Part shown: in pieces, positions 1 to 13,790 of the stretch
Position numbering within the stretch: position 1 is the first letter of the stretch
Layout of the letters: each line of letters starts with the position of its first letter
Assembly (NCBI RefSeq): GCF_009914755.1
Contig: NC_060935.1
Length of the DNA: 64,000 nt
Reading direction: 5' to 3' (one strand)
DNA from: the human T2T-CHM13v2.0 reference genome, Homo sapiens
Translations under genes and position numbers: made by a program
Notes under the pieces: generated by a model
What the model saw: only the letters and a program-made list of their open reading frames with translations
Told to the model about the DNA's origin: nothing
Databases searched by the model: none

Positions 1-383
1 AGGTCAAATAAATGCAATGTGCCCATTGCAGATGTCTGTGTGTTTGCATGCTCATGTGACCTTTGCTTGCGTTATTGTTGCTCGTTTAAGGCTTGAGATT
101 TGTTAGTCTCCCTTTAGCCACTTATGCACAGAATTAACAGGTTCAGTCTGAGAGTCTAAGAGGTCTTTACAAAGTTTCGTTTCTGATCTTAAGCCAAGTA
201 ATTGCACTGCCCTGGATTCCATCAGAAGTTATGGAATCAGGCTCTGTCTTTCATTCCAAGGGTGGGTGAGCCACAACTGCCTGAACCTTTGTTTTCAAAC
301 AGAAATTACAATACCTATTTTGACCAAATCATGTGGTTGTTGTAAAGAACAAATGGATTGATGTATTTGAAATTGTTCTTTAA

Positions 384-862
384 TAGCACTGTCCAATACA
401 AATATAATGAGCCACATATGTAATTTAAATTTTTCTAAACCACATTCAATAAAAGTGTGAAGAAACCAGTGAACTTAATTTTAATGATATATTTTATTTA
501 ACCCAACATAACTAAAATATTATCATTTCAAATATTAAGGAGATACTTTACATTCTCTTTACTAAGTTTATGAAATCTGGCATATTTTACACTTACAGCA
601 TATCTCAATTTGGATGCTAACTTCTCATCAGAAATACTTGATACGTATTTAGATTGCATAATGTAGTTGATTAAATAGATTCACATCCCTAAATCTCCGC
701 AAGCCTAAAAAGGTTTTCTGTAGCTGAATCGAATATCAGTTTTTAAATTTAAATTAATTAAAATGTAATAGAATTAGAAATTCAGTTCCTCAATCACATC
801 AGCTACATTTCAGGTGCTTAATTCCTACAGCTGGCTTGTAGCTTCCATATTGGGCAGTGCTG
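384..862. mobile_element. hAT-Charlie DNA transposon fossil (MER33/Charlie1b-like)
   Basis: Terminal inverted repeats TAGCACTGTCCAATA ... TATTGGGCAGTGCTG. The interior matches the recalled MER33/Charlie1 consensus (GAGCCACATATGTAATTTAAATTTTTCT; TTTTACACTTACAGCATATCTCAATT). Confidence 0.8.
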
Positions 863-1599
863 CTGTATGAACTGATGAGTTCTATAGATGTGACTGCCTT
901 TACTAAAGTTCTCAAATCTCAGTTAGATTTTACATGGTTTCACTTTGATCCTCCACATGAGATAAATGAATTTCCTTTGCTTTGACCTACAAAAGAATTT
1001 TCCAAGGAAAACCTCCCAGCTTTCCCGACAACTGGACAGCAGATTGCTTCCATTTCAGTCATCCAAATTTACTTTGTCTAAGAGTTGCTACACATTCTGG
1101 GAAATAAATACATCTCTAAGAGTGGAAGAAGGCTGACCAAAATAGAACGCTTTTAAAAAGCTGAAAAATCGATTCCTGGTAGTAATGCAATCTGGAGTAC
1201 ATGAAACGATTAGCACAGGGGAGCAGCCCACAGCGAGGTCAGGATCTATTCTGAGCCATGGAAAATCAAGCTCCATGTGACTTCGGTACATTACCAAGAG
1301 CAAACTATGATTCCAAGCAAGGCTAAACCCATCATCTCAGGGTGAGGTGCATTCTAGGGGGCGTCATCTCATACAGTTGGGACCTGCTAGCAGAAGTGAG
1401 TAAGGGCATCAGGGCAATGACCTAGGATACTCTACCTCAAAAAATTTTTTTTTAAGAATTCATCACAGAATGAATACTAGAGTATTTCTCTTCTTCTTCT
1501 AAGTGGAATAATAGAATAGGAATGTTTCACAGCTATTCCTTACCTCTCTAGGGGATCTTTTGAAAGAATCTGCTGCCTTCAGTCAGATTAGATGTTTTG

Positions 1600-2130
1600 A
1601 ACAAATACGTACCTGGCACTCACCATGTTTCAGACATTGTTCTAAGCTTATTTTTTTCTTTTCTTTTTTTTTTTTTTTTTTGAGACAGAGTCTCACTCTG
1701 TCGCCCAAGCTGGAGTGCAGTGGCATGATTTCACCTCACTGAAACCTCCATCTCCTGGGTTCACGCGATTCTTGTGCCTCAGCCTCCTGAGGAGCTGGAA
1801 TTACAGGTGCCCGCCTCCACGTCCAGCTAATTTTTGTATTTTTAGTAGAGATGTAGCTTCAGAGATAGGGTTTCACCATGTTGGTCAGGCTGGTGTCAAA
1901 CTCTTGACCTCGAGTGATCCACCCACCGCAGCCTTCCTAAGTGCTGGGATTACAGGTGTGAGCCATGTGTGTAAGGTTATTTAAATGAACTAATTTAACC
2001 CTTATGACAATCTTAAGAGAGACGTATTGTTATAATCCCCACTTTACAAATAAGGAAACTGAGGCAGAGAGAGGTTCAATAACTTGCACAAAATCACACT
2101 GCTGGTAAGTGATGGGAATGAACCCAAACA
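1600..2130 (-). mobile_element. MIR SINE, split by an Alu
   Basis: Antisense MIR core CCCCACTTTACAAATAAGGAAACTGAGGCAGAGAGAGGTT at ~2037-2077. The MIR continues on the other side of the Alu (CAGACATTGTTCTAAGC). Confidence 0.75.
1651..1967 (-). mobile_element. AluS element with a 14-nt internal insertion
   Basis: Poly-T followed by a dimeric antisense Alu; imperfect TSD TAAG[C/G]TTATTT (1643-1653 / 1972-1982). Confidence 0.95.
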
Positions 2131-2822
2131 CTCTAGGCTTTTCATCAATGGGTAAACCCTATGGCCTATGCTATGACTGAATACAGATCAGAGGCTAGCC
2201 GTGCACACCCAGAGCAGAGTACTGAGCCACGTATCCAGTCGCTACAGATTCAGACACCACCTTCTCTAATGAACTAGTGAAATCAGCAGAGAGCTCATAA
2301 CCACATCTACTTTTACAACTGTGCCCTGAGCTTCTAGAATGCTTTCTATCTGCATGGCTTCCTGTCAAATGTAGCATCCTTCAAGGCTGAGCTCAAAAGA
2401 AAACTTCAATGGGTTTGGTTCCTTCAGAACCAAAATTACTTTTTTTCATCTTTCCCAACCTTTTACTATTTAATCTGGAATACTGTAGTTTTTCCAAAGC
2501 TGCCTTAAATTAAAGCAATGTCTTTCCTCTCCCAGTATCAAGCCCTGGGAGGACTGAAAGTGATTTTTTTTTATTTTTGTATCCCTCACCTCACCTAGCA
2601 TGGTGTTTTTCGCCTTCAAGGCACTCAGTAAATATTTATTAGCCTAATTTGACTGTAAATAAAATATATTGCAAAATGCACTGTAGTGGGTTTCAAGGAA
2701 CTTGAGTTCCAGACTTAGTTTTGTCATCAATTAGCTGTATACATTTTGGCAATGTATGTAACCTCTGTGAGCCTTTGTTGTCTCATCTGTAATTGGATGT
2801 GATAATCTCTGAGGCCTCATGA

Positions 2823-3205
<383 letters not shown>

Positions 3206-3583
3206 AAGGTTTTTAAACAAGTCCCTAAAGGGTGTTTCATATATTCTGAGATCACTCCCGGTAAAGACCCCCTGCTGAAAGAGAGTGGAAGGAGCATCCC
3301 ACCACCTGGGGCAGTTGAAGCCCCTGAGTTGTGCTGTTTTAGGGAAGGTGATTGATGGTAGAGAACACTGATAAATTACAAAGCATTCATCTAATCAAAA
3401 TCAACCCATGGTGTTAAGTCTTGATGTAAAATAATACATTAAGAATTAGTGGAAAAGCTCTGAAATTGTTGACTCGATTTTCAAAATAGTTATTTTTCGG
3501 TAGGTAACAGATGCACAGCTTATAAAATTTAAAAGATTTTTTAATACTTTTGTTGGAAATACCGATTTTGTCTTTTTTTTCAG

Positions 3584-3729
3584 GTTATTTGGATGAAATG
3601 CTTATTTCTTTTTTAACATAAGCATTGACTGGAAATATTGGTTATTCTGTCTGATATTACATGAAGGTCAGATGCCCTCCATGCAACCATGAGGTCGGAT
3701 GGCAGTTTGATGCTGAACCAGCAAACAAG
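3584..3729 (+). ncRNA. Candidate internal non-coding exon (lncRNA or 5'UTR)
   Basis: Strong acceptor (TTTTGTC, T-run, CAG|G) and donor AAG|GTAAGG bound 146 nt of unique sequence with stop codons in all three frames. Confidence 0.55.
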
Positions 3730-5414
3730 GTAAGGGTGAAATTGTCATCTGCATTGTACAGAATGCGAAGCCAAGGCCTCGAAACAGGAGATAATTTAGA
3801 CAAGGTCACCTAGAGGGATGCTGGAGGAACCGAGTTTGGAAAGCCAGCTAGCCTGACTGCCCATTCATCACGGACATTATCTTTCTTCTTGTCTTCCTGC
3901 TCAGCTTAGTTTATTTAAAAGGGAAGCACACTGCAGTTCTAGGGTCAGGCCAGGCCCGCCTGGTGGCTCAGCACCTGCCTGCAAAGGTAAGAAAGCCTCT
4001 CCAGCCGAGGCTCGTGAATGGTGTCAGGGAAGAGTCAGGTTCTCTTTGGAGAAGAGCCCGTTGGGATCTTTGTTCCCAAACAGGTCCCATTTCCTCATGT
4101 TTATTGAATTCTCTCAATCACATACTTGATCACTGGGTCCCAGGAAGGGGGGCTGGCTAAACCGAGAAAATGCAAAGTTGAACTTTATTTACTCTTGATA
4201 AGAGGACCAAAAGGAAGTTAACTTTTTACCCATTTTATTCTCAAAGCTATTGAAAGAATTATGAAATCTACTCGAGAGCAAACGTGGAGGTTATTCACAA
4301 AGGCGTTCATAATGAACTAATTTGCGGATCTTTTGCCCCTCTTTCACTTTCTGCAGAAATGAGAAGGATGACTTTTTTTCCTCTGTTTGTGGCTCTGCAG
4401 GCCGTCAGGGGACCCCACTCCTTTCTCCCTGCAGGCTTCCTCTGCCACTTGCTACTCCTTTGTACTCGTTCCACCTGGCAGTCTGAGGAACACAAACTAA
4501 AATGCAGGTATTGGTATCCCAATAAGAGGCTGTGAAGACAGTTCAAAAAGGGAAGTTTTGAGGCTGGGATTCTGGAGAAAGGCATTCATCTCCCGGTAGG
4601 CCCAAGTTCACTTCCTTCTCCACTACAGAACTGCCTCGATGCGTTTGAGAACATTCTGTCCTTATTGTGAATGCTGACTTGCTCCAATCAACACATTTCT
4701 TTAACTCCTTTAAAACCAGCTTGTTAGAGCTGTCTACAATGCCGTGAGGTTCCAACTTCCTCTGATTAATTAGGAGGCTCAGAAATGTGTGAGTATATTT
4801 TAGAAACTGTACTGTGGGTGCTTGTAGCAAGTTCACTTATTTAATATTTCATGGTGAGCTATTTTCTACTCTCCAGATAGATTGTGGGAAGGGGCCCTTT
4901 GCCAGCCATAAACATGTGTTTTAATCTCTAGTCCTTTTTGGCATGTGTTGCTGACCTACTTGCCTCAACTCCCTACCCTGTTTCCCTCCCCTTCAGCCAA
5001 ATAAGAAGTGAATAAAGCAACAACATGGGAGAACCATTGTTCTTCAGACATGTACCAAAAGGGGGCACCGCTAAAATTATCTAGGCAACTTGGATCCCAG
5101 GCTCCCTTTGGAGAGGAAAGCTTTTGGGATATGTGCCATGATGATTTATTACAGGTGGCAAAAATACTTGTTATATAACACACCGCTGACATTTCTGCAT
5201 CCCTGTTTTGCAGTAATGCTAAAGGCCAGCACATTCCAATCAACCTAGCCTGGGCTTGGGTGTTTCTTCATCTCCTCAGCTACCCATGTTCTGTTTACTC
5301 TCTAGGTGGCCAATCTAATCTACTTTATTTTGCATCTCATAATTTTATTGTCAGATGCAACCTTGTTCTGAAGTCTGGGACTGTCCTATGAATCTTTTCC
5401 AGTTTCCCCACGAT

Positions 5415-6130
<716 letters not shown>

Positions 6131-6149
6131 GCATAATCAAAGGTCATAT

Positions 6150-6335
6150 GAATTTGGCATTTTATGTACCTGGCAATGTTCAAAGCAGTTTAATTTAGTT
6201 AACCTTCATAACAAGTCTATGATGAGAAAACTGAGAACTCAGAGAAGTTAAGTAACTTGCCCAAGGTCACAGAGCTAGGAAATTCCACATCTGGGCTGTG
6301 AGCCAAGACAATCTAGTTCCAACCCTGTCCTCTGA
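6150..6335 (-). mobile_element. MIR SINE
   Basis: GATGAGAAAACTGAGAACTCAGAGAAGTTAAGTAACTTGCCCAAGGTCACAGAGCTAG is the antisense MIR core. Confidence 0.75.
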
Positions 6336-6412
6336 ATGCAGCACTGAACTGCAGAGAGAGCAAAAGGACAGCAGATGAGGACCACATCACACAAATCAGA
6401 AAAAGAAGAGGA

Positions 6413-6714
<302 letters not shown>

Positions 6715-7373
6715 AGAAAAAGAAGAGGAAAATCATTTAAGTAAAACATCTTGGACAGCACTGAAAGGGAAATACAGCATCCAAGTCTTTTAAATACTGA
6801 CTTCCTTTTCTTTCTTCAAATGGAAAATTAGAGGAACCCACTGAGAGACTCGCTGTAGGCTAGGCACTGTGAGAAAAACAAGAAGCAGTCAAATTCATCC
6901 TCAACAGGTTAGTAAGGTCTACATAACTTCAAAGGACACAAGAGGTTAGTGTGTGATAGACAGCCGAAGGATTCATGGAGCAGGCTGCACTTGAAGTGGC
7001 CCTTATAGGGATAATTAAGATACAGCCTGGTGGAAGCAATGGAATGGTTTTAAGTCCATTGTCTATCCCTTTTGCATTCTTTCTTTTTTTCAGCATATAC
7101 TTGTTATGTACCTCCTACATGCCTGGTCCTCTGCTAGGAGTTGAGGGTAAAGCAGTGAATTGGACAAATAAAATAGAAACCAGTATCCACAAGGGCACAG
7201 TGATGGGTAAGTCTGTGATTGTGGGTGATATTGAAGAAGACAGTCTGGTTGGCGCCAAGGGCTGTGTTGAGAATAAATAGGGCTAAGCTTTAGAGGTGGG
7301 TGATGAGGGTAGAGGAGATAAAGCAATTGACTGCTCAGATTTCTAACTGTCAGAATCAAGAATGGGAATTTCC

Positions 7374-7504
7374 GGCCTGATACAGTGGGTCATACCTGTA
7401 ATCCCAGCACTTTGGGAGGCTGAGATGGGAGGATCGCTTGAATCTAGGGGTTTGAGATCAGCTTGAGCAAATACAGTAAGATTCCATCTTTAAAAAATAA
7501 ATAA
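7374..7504 (+). mobile_element. FLAM-type Alu monomer
   Basis: Single left-arm-like monomer (GGGAGGATCGCTTGAA) ending in an A-rich tail; no right arm. Confidence 0.85.
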
Positions 7505-8920
7505 TGGGGATTTTTTTTGTCTTATAGATAATGGAAAATGATTGCTAGTTTTTGAGTTGGGAAAAAAGTAATTAAAAGAGTTTCTGGAATGATTTGCCTG
7601 GCATCTGTGTGCAGGCTGTGCTAAACATAAGTATTAGTATGTGTTAAGCCAGGTAGAAGGAGTCTCCAGGAACAGAAAAGTAGGGTGAAATATTATTTAC
7701 TCTTCTCACTTGTCCTGAATATGCTTTAAAATGAAAATGCTATGGATTAATAGGTTCTGTCATTCTTGAAGATTAAGATCAAACTAGTTTCTCTTGATTT
7801 CTAAAAGTAGACAGGACTTCTGGCTGATAGCATGAACTAGTTTTATTAACCAAAAACTGCCTTCAACTTGGCACCTCTTCAGCCAGAAACAAACATATTA
7901 TTCACCCTGGACTGCCCTGAAAACGGTAAGAGAAATGAATGTAATTTAAGGAGACCATCCTTAATTAAAGGAGCCACTTGGCAAATTCCAATGGCTGCCT
8001 TGTTTTGGCTGCATCTTTTTTTCCCCTAAACTTTTCTCTTCTTTTTTCATTTTAATACACTTTTCCCAATTGTCCTGTTGGAACCTTTACCACATTTGGG
8101 TTTTACCTGGTAAATTTTGATTTAATCTTTGGCGGACGCTGCTTCAGGTTGACTGTAATTCAGGGACTGGCATGTACGTTGTATCTTGGTGCCAGAGCAT
8201 GTGGGGCAGCGGATGGCTCTGGAGCACTGAATGCACCCTGTTGTGTGGCTCCAAGTTCTCAAGATGCCTGTGCAGTGCCCTGGCATTTCACTGCAGCCAG
8301 AGGGGCAGCTGGGGTGGATTTCTTTTTTTTTTCCTGGCATTTGCAATTTAGGACCTACCTTCTCTAAGTATCCTCCCTGAGTGGGTTTTTCTGCACTCCA
8401 CATGTATATTTTCACATTTTGCTGATTGGTAATATTTAATGTGTGGGTAGAAGTGCTGTGGCGATGAGTGCTTCCTATAGTCAGACAAATCAAAGCAAGA
8501 ATGATTGTGCCATTTTAGTGAACAAATTGCTTTGTCCATTCTACCTCTTGCAGAGCTAAGAGGATGCAGTGCGTGCACGCGTGCACACACACACGCAAAC
8601 ACACGCTCTGTTCTTTGCCCTCAAGGATTTTTTTTTTATAGCACACCAGAGCTCTGGAATTGGCAGGGACTTTATAAATGATAAAATTTATCCCCATTCT
8701 TTATAGACAAGGAAATTGAGACCTAGACAGGAAAGAGGCATGTATGCCAAATGCCACAGAGCGAGCAGGGGGTGCAGAGATTAGAGTACAGATTCATGCT
8801 GTGGCCTAGGGTTCTCTGTATACTTCACCACCTAAAATTACCACACTTTTAAAAAGGAGGAAACCTGGACTTGCAAGATTGATAACTTGTAGTGTTGTAT
8901 TTTAAAAGCAATGAATTTAG

Positions 8921-9245
<325 letters not shown>

Positions 9246-9910
9246 CTTAGAAAGGTCTTGAACTCAGGTCTCTGGACTACCAAACCAGAATCATCTTATG
9301 GGAGTGGCATGTGGGTGGTGTTTAGATGTGCTTGGAAAAGCAGTGGTGGAAAGAAAACCATTCAAATATTCTCCAAGCACCATACTCTGAGTCCTGAACC
9401 CCTTCAAGCCCTGACCTCACCATCCCCAGGAATTCTGCTGGCTGTATTTTTCTTAAACATTTTAAGAGACTGCAGACATCATGGCTCAGGGTCTGTTGAG
9501 ATAGACTGCTGAATAGATATTCTGACACAGCCCTTCTGGTTATGGTAGTGATCATTCCCCTGGTACCATGTTGCCATGGTCAGAGTGCATTACAAGAGAA
9601 GGGTTGTCTTGAACCTGCAGCCTCCATCCTTCTCATTTGCAGAAGCCCCGCTGCCTCGAAGAAAGAACTGCCCAGGGCCGCCCACTCTAGCACCTTGTTC
9701 TCATCTGTCTTCCCTTGACAACAGTCCGTATGCTGAAATAGTCTTTCCCATCTACTCTTAGTGCCCCTTCTTCCAGCTAAACTGCCCTGTTTTGAGTTTC
9801 AGTGCTGTCAGCTGCTTTCTGTGGTGATGGTCAGGAGTCTCACTCATTAGTCTATTTGAGGACACTTTCGTTAACATGGAGAATGCATGTCTTTTGGCAT
9901 TTCAGACTCG

Positions 9911-10256
9911 TTGGCTTAAACAACAGAAATTAATATTCTTACAGTTCTGGGTGCTGGAAGTTCAAGATCAAGGTGCCAGCTCTTGAACTTCCAGCACAGT
10001 TCTCCTGAGGCGTCTCTTCTTGGTGTGCAAACAGCCACCTTTTTGCTGTGTCCTTACATGGCCTTTTCTCTGTGCATACGCATTCCTGATGTCTGTCTTA
10101 TAATAAGGACATGGGTCATATTGGATTAGGGCCCCACTCATATGACCTCATTTAACCTTAATCACCTCCTTAAAGGCCATGTCTTCAAACACAGTTATAT
10201 TGGGGATTAGGGCTTCAAGATATGAATTGGAGGGGGGCATAATTCAGTCCTTAACA
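9911..10256 (-). mobile_element. MaLR LTR (MLT1A-like)
   Basis: GGCTTAAACAACAGAAAT...ACAGTTCTGG...AAGATCAAGGTGCCAGC; GGATTAGGGCCCCAC...TGACCTCATTTAACCTTAATCACCTCC; ends AATTCAGTCCTTAACA. Confidence 0.85.
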
Positions 10257-11936
10257 CCACCATAGATGGTTTTTCTCTAATAAACATATCTGCAGTCTTA
10301 TCACAGAGGAGTAACTCTCCATTAGCACTTCCACAGCAAATGAGGGAGGTGTTTTGGACAGAGGCTGCTACTCCTTAATTCACATCTGTTAGGCTGCCTA
10401 CAAATAAAGCTAGATATGAACAACTGAAGATTTTTGTTCCAAGTCTACATGGATGGTTAAGTACGTAATAAAATTTCCAGGATTATAACTCCTGAAGCAG
10501 CCCGGGTGGCACTTTCGGTAGGTCCAGGGAGTTACCAAAGTAATGTGCCTGTATTCCTTGGGGGCCAGTTTCATTTTATTTGACAACTTAAGTTTCCATT
10601 TTAAATATTTAATTTTAGAAAGTAGGAAGATGTATATGGACATCTATTTTGTAAGTGTGTGTGTATATTGTATATCATGTATGTAAGAAAAAACTTTCTT
10701 CTACCATGAGCTTTAAGAATTTTCTAGAAGGCTTACAGACTAGATCAGGTGCTGGAGAAAAAGGTCATGCCAGTTAGAGGCTTACATGTGGACTGCGAGG
10801 CCATGTTACTGTGACATTGAGCTGGACACCTCTGTAAGGGACTGTTTAACATCAATAATATCTAACATATAATGAACAATTACTTTGACCAGTCCTCACT
10901 ATAACTCTCTATGGGGTGTTACATTCTCCCCATTTTACAGAGAGAAAACTGAGACATTTAGAAGTGACTTGCTCAAGGTCACAAGACTAGTCTGTGGGAA
11001 GGTGTGCCTGTCTGATATCAAAATCCAGACACATTTGCATCTACTTGAAGAGACAAAGCACAAACACCAGAAATAAAGACCAGAGAGTTAACCTGTGTAG
11101 TTGACTCAATGATGTTCTATTTAAAGGAACACCGGGTGATCAGTGTGAGGATAAGTTGTTGGAGAAAGTCCTGTAAAAAAGATATTACCGGAACCAAGCT
11201 TTGAAATACAGGTGGAATTTAAAGAGGAACAGTGGTGGGGAAAAGAGCATCTTCAGAACTGGAAGTAGAAATGGCAAATTGAGGGCAGGAAAGAGAAAAA
11301 AACTGGCATGCCTTTATCTGAGGGTTTAGAAGCAAAGAATGAACAGGGAGTGTGCACTCCTATTTGTTAAGATTGGCACTGGACTCAATTCAGCATGGGT
11401 AGGATTTAGAGCTGGTAAACTTTCATAGATGGTGGTTCACCCGGATCCTAGAAGTAAACTCTTGGATCAACTGGTAAGAATTTTTATATTGAAACTATAT
11501 TAATTGTAAATAGCCACCGGCCTTTCTGTCTACTGAAAATAGGAATTAAGTGACAAGAAAGTGAAAGAGAAAATCGACTCTTGCATTTTGTAACTTTGCC
11601 CTCGCTTGGGTCCAGAAGGACTTGTAGGGAAGTGTTCTTATTTACAGGGGAGCTACAGTCTCAGTGAAAGTGTGAGTCAGGCAGAAAACACCTTGTACAC
11701 AAGCAAACATCTTATGTTCTCACTGAGACACGTTTAATATTTTCAGTTCAGACTTTGAGACTGCTTTTATACATCTCGAATTACCTTGAAATTACTTAAC
11801 CCCCATTCATAAAGTGAAAATGTATATGAATATGACCTAAGAATTAATTATTTTCCAACACAGTGTGTCCCCTTTCTTCGTGGGTTTACATGATCCACCA
11901 TTTTAGTCACTTTACTGGAGATATCTGATATGTTCT

Positions 11937-12553
11937 TGTATTAGTTAGAGTTCTCCAGAGAAATAACCAATGGGAGATAGGTAGATAGATATAGATAGAT
12001 AGATATCAATAGATAGTAGATAGATAGATAGATAGACAAATAAATAGAAAGATAGAAGATAGATAAATGAGATAGAAAATAGATTAGATAGACAGAAGAT
12101 GATAAATTAGATAGAAGATAGATAGACAGATTGATTGATTGATAGATAAAGAGAAGATTTATTACAGGAATTAGCTCACACCGTTATGATGGGTGAGAAG
12201 TCCCACAATATGCTGTCTACAAGCTGGAGAACCACAAGAGCCGATGGCATAAGCTGTGGAGTCCAAAGGCCTGAGAAACAGGATCTCTGCTATCTGAGGG
12301 GAGGAGATGGATGGTTCAGCTTAAGAAGAGTGAGAGAAAATCCACTCCTCCATCTTTTTGTTCCGTTCAGGCCTCCGATGGATTGGAGAATGCCCACCCA
12401 CATTGGTAAGGGCAGATCTTCCTCACTTGGTCCACTGATTCAAATGCTAATATTGTCTGGAAACAGCCTCACAGACACACCCAGAAGTAATGTTTTACCC
12501 ACTGCCTGGGCACTTCTTAGATCAGTCAAGTTGAAATAAAATGGATCCTCACA
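11937..12553 (-). mobile_element. ERVL LTR (MLT2 family) containing a (GATA)n tract
   Basis: TGTATTAGTTAGAGTTCTCCAGAGAAA start; AAACAGCCTCACAGACACACCCAGAAGTAATGTTT and CAGTCAAGTTGA near the end; TG...CA termini. Confidence 0.85.
11977..12147. repeat. Complex (GATA)n/(GACA)n microsatellite
   Basis: Directly visible degenerate TAGA tetranucleotide array. Confidence 0.9.
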
Positions 12554-12741
12554 GTTTCTAACCAAAGACAGCTTTTTATCTGCTTCAGGACCTTTGTCTC
12601 TGTCCTCTCTGTCTAGATTTCTCTTCTCTTGGGAGATGAAGTGATAGGAGAGAATGAAGAACTTAGATGAAAACTTTTGTCATATGGTAATTGTGACCCC
12701 CAAAAATCATTTCACTGAGGTAGTATCACAAGCACTGGGAG

Positions 12742-13255
12742 TGCCAGGCGAGGTGTCAGAGCCCTGGCATTGGAAAGTGGTTGACTCACAGGTTGGTTAA
12801 AAGAATCTACCGACAACAGTATAGGTTTGAAAAAGGAAAGTTTATCAGAAAGGAAGAATGTGCTGTGGAAGAGTGCAGTGGGGTGCCTCAGCCAGAGGAC
12901 CCAGCGTTGACCTGGAGTTTTCCTTAGGGGTATTTATGGACCTTAAAGTGGGAACTTAGGGTTGTAAAATGAGTTTCTGCATGGCATTCCAGAGACATAT
13001 AGAAATTTTAGTTACTTATAAATTGTTTTGGTGGAGGGAGTGGGAAGAAATCTGGAGTGAGATGCTTGCTTTGGATAATAGGGAAGTCTAATTATTGCTA
13101 ATTTTCCCCAGATAAGGAGTTTTGCCTCTGCCTCCTCTGATGGCCTGTTTTGAGGGTCACCAGGTGGTCTTTGCTTCCTTCTAAATTCCTCAGATAAGGA
13201 GTTTTTGTCTCCAGGGTCTGTTCAATGGTCACCTGGTGATTTTTTTTTCTCCTCA
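12742..13255 (-). mobile_element. ERV1-class solo LTR (MER4-group-like; subfamily uncertain)
   Basis: TG...CA termini flanked by direct repeat GGGAG (12737-12741 / 13256-13260); internal repeated unit CAGATAAGGAGTTTT; minus-strand TATA-like (ATAAATA) and poly(A)-signal-like (GATAAA) motifs. Confidence 0.8.
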
Positions 13256-13670
13256 GGGAGTAAGTTGCTGTTGGTAGTGAGAGCGCATTAGCGTTATTGT
13301 ATTAGATGTGGGGAGGATGGACAAGCTGGGAGGGAATGCTGGATGGGAAGTTTCTAAAAATCCCAATCCCTAGGACAAATCTTCAAGGGCTGAGTGCTTA
13401 GAGATCGGTAGGCTTCGTGATGTTAGTAAGATAGAGTTGTGCAAAACCAGCATGTCCTCAACCTGCTGCTATTAAAATTAACACCAAAACCCAAATTATC
13501 CTAGCATTGTCTCCAGCAGACATTTTCTGAGCACCTCTCAATGTGCAAGGGAAGGGGAATATCAAGAAGGAAATCATAGTTCACTTTTGGAGGCTAGACC
13601 CAACTTGTGAAAAATTAACATACAAGACATGGCAATGTAGATTAAGTCCTAAACAAATCACACGAAACCC

Positions 13671-13790
13671 TGTGGTTCTCAAACTGTTTTGTGCATTAAA
13701 ATCAACCATGAACTTGTGAAAGTACAGATCCTCAGGCCCTGTTCCTGGAAATTCTGCCTGGACCTTTGCGTTTGGGTTTTTTGACAAGCT
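13671..13790. mobile_element. MER5-type hAT fragment
   Basis: TGTGGTTCTCAAACT...TGTGCATTAAAATCAACC...CAGATCCTCAGGCCC matches the recalled MER5A 5' end. Confidence 0.6.

Noticed and set aside
3590-3656. Possible C/D-box snoRNA (GGATGAA...CTGA)
   Set aside because: The C box does not match RTGATGA, there is no convincing terminal stem, and the segment lies within a candidate exon.
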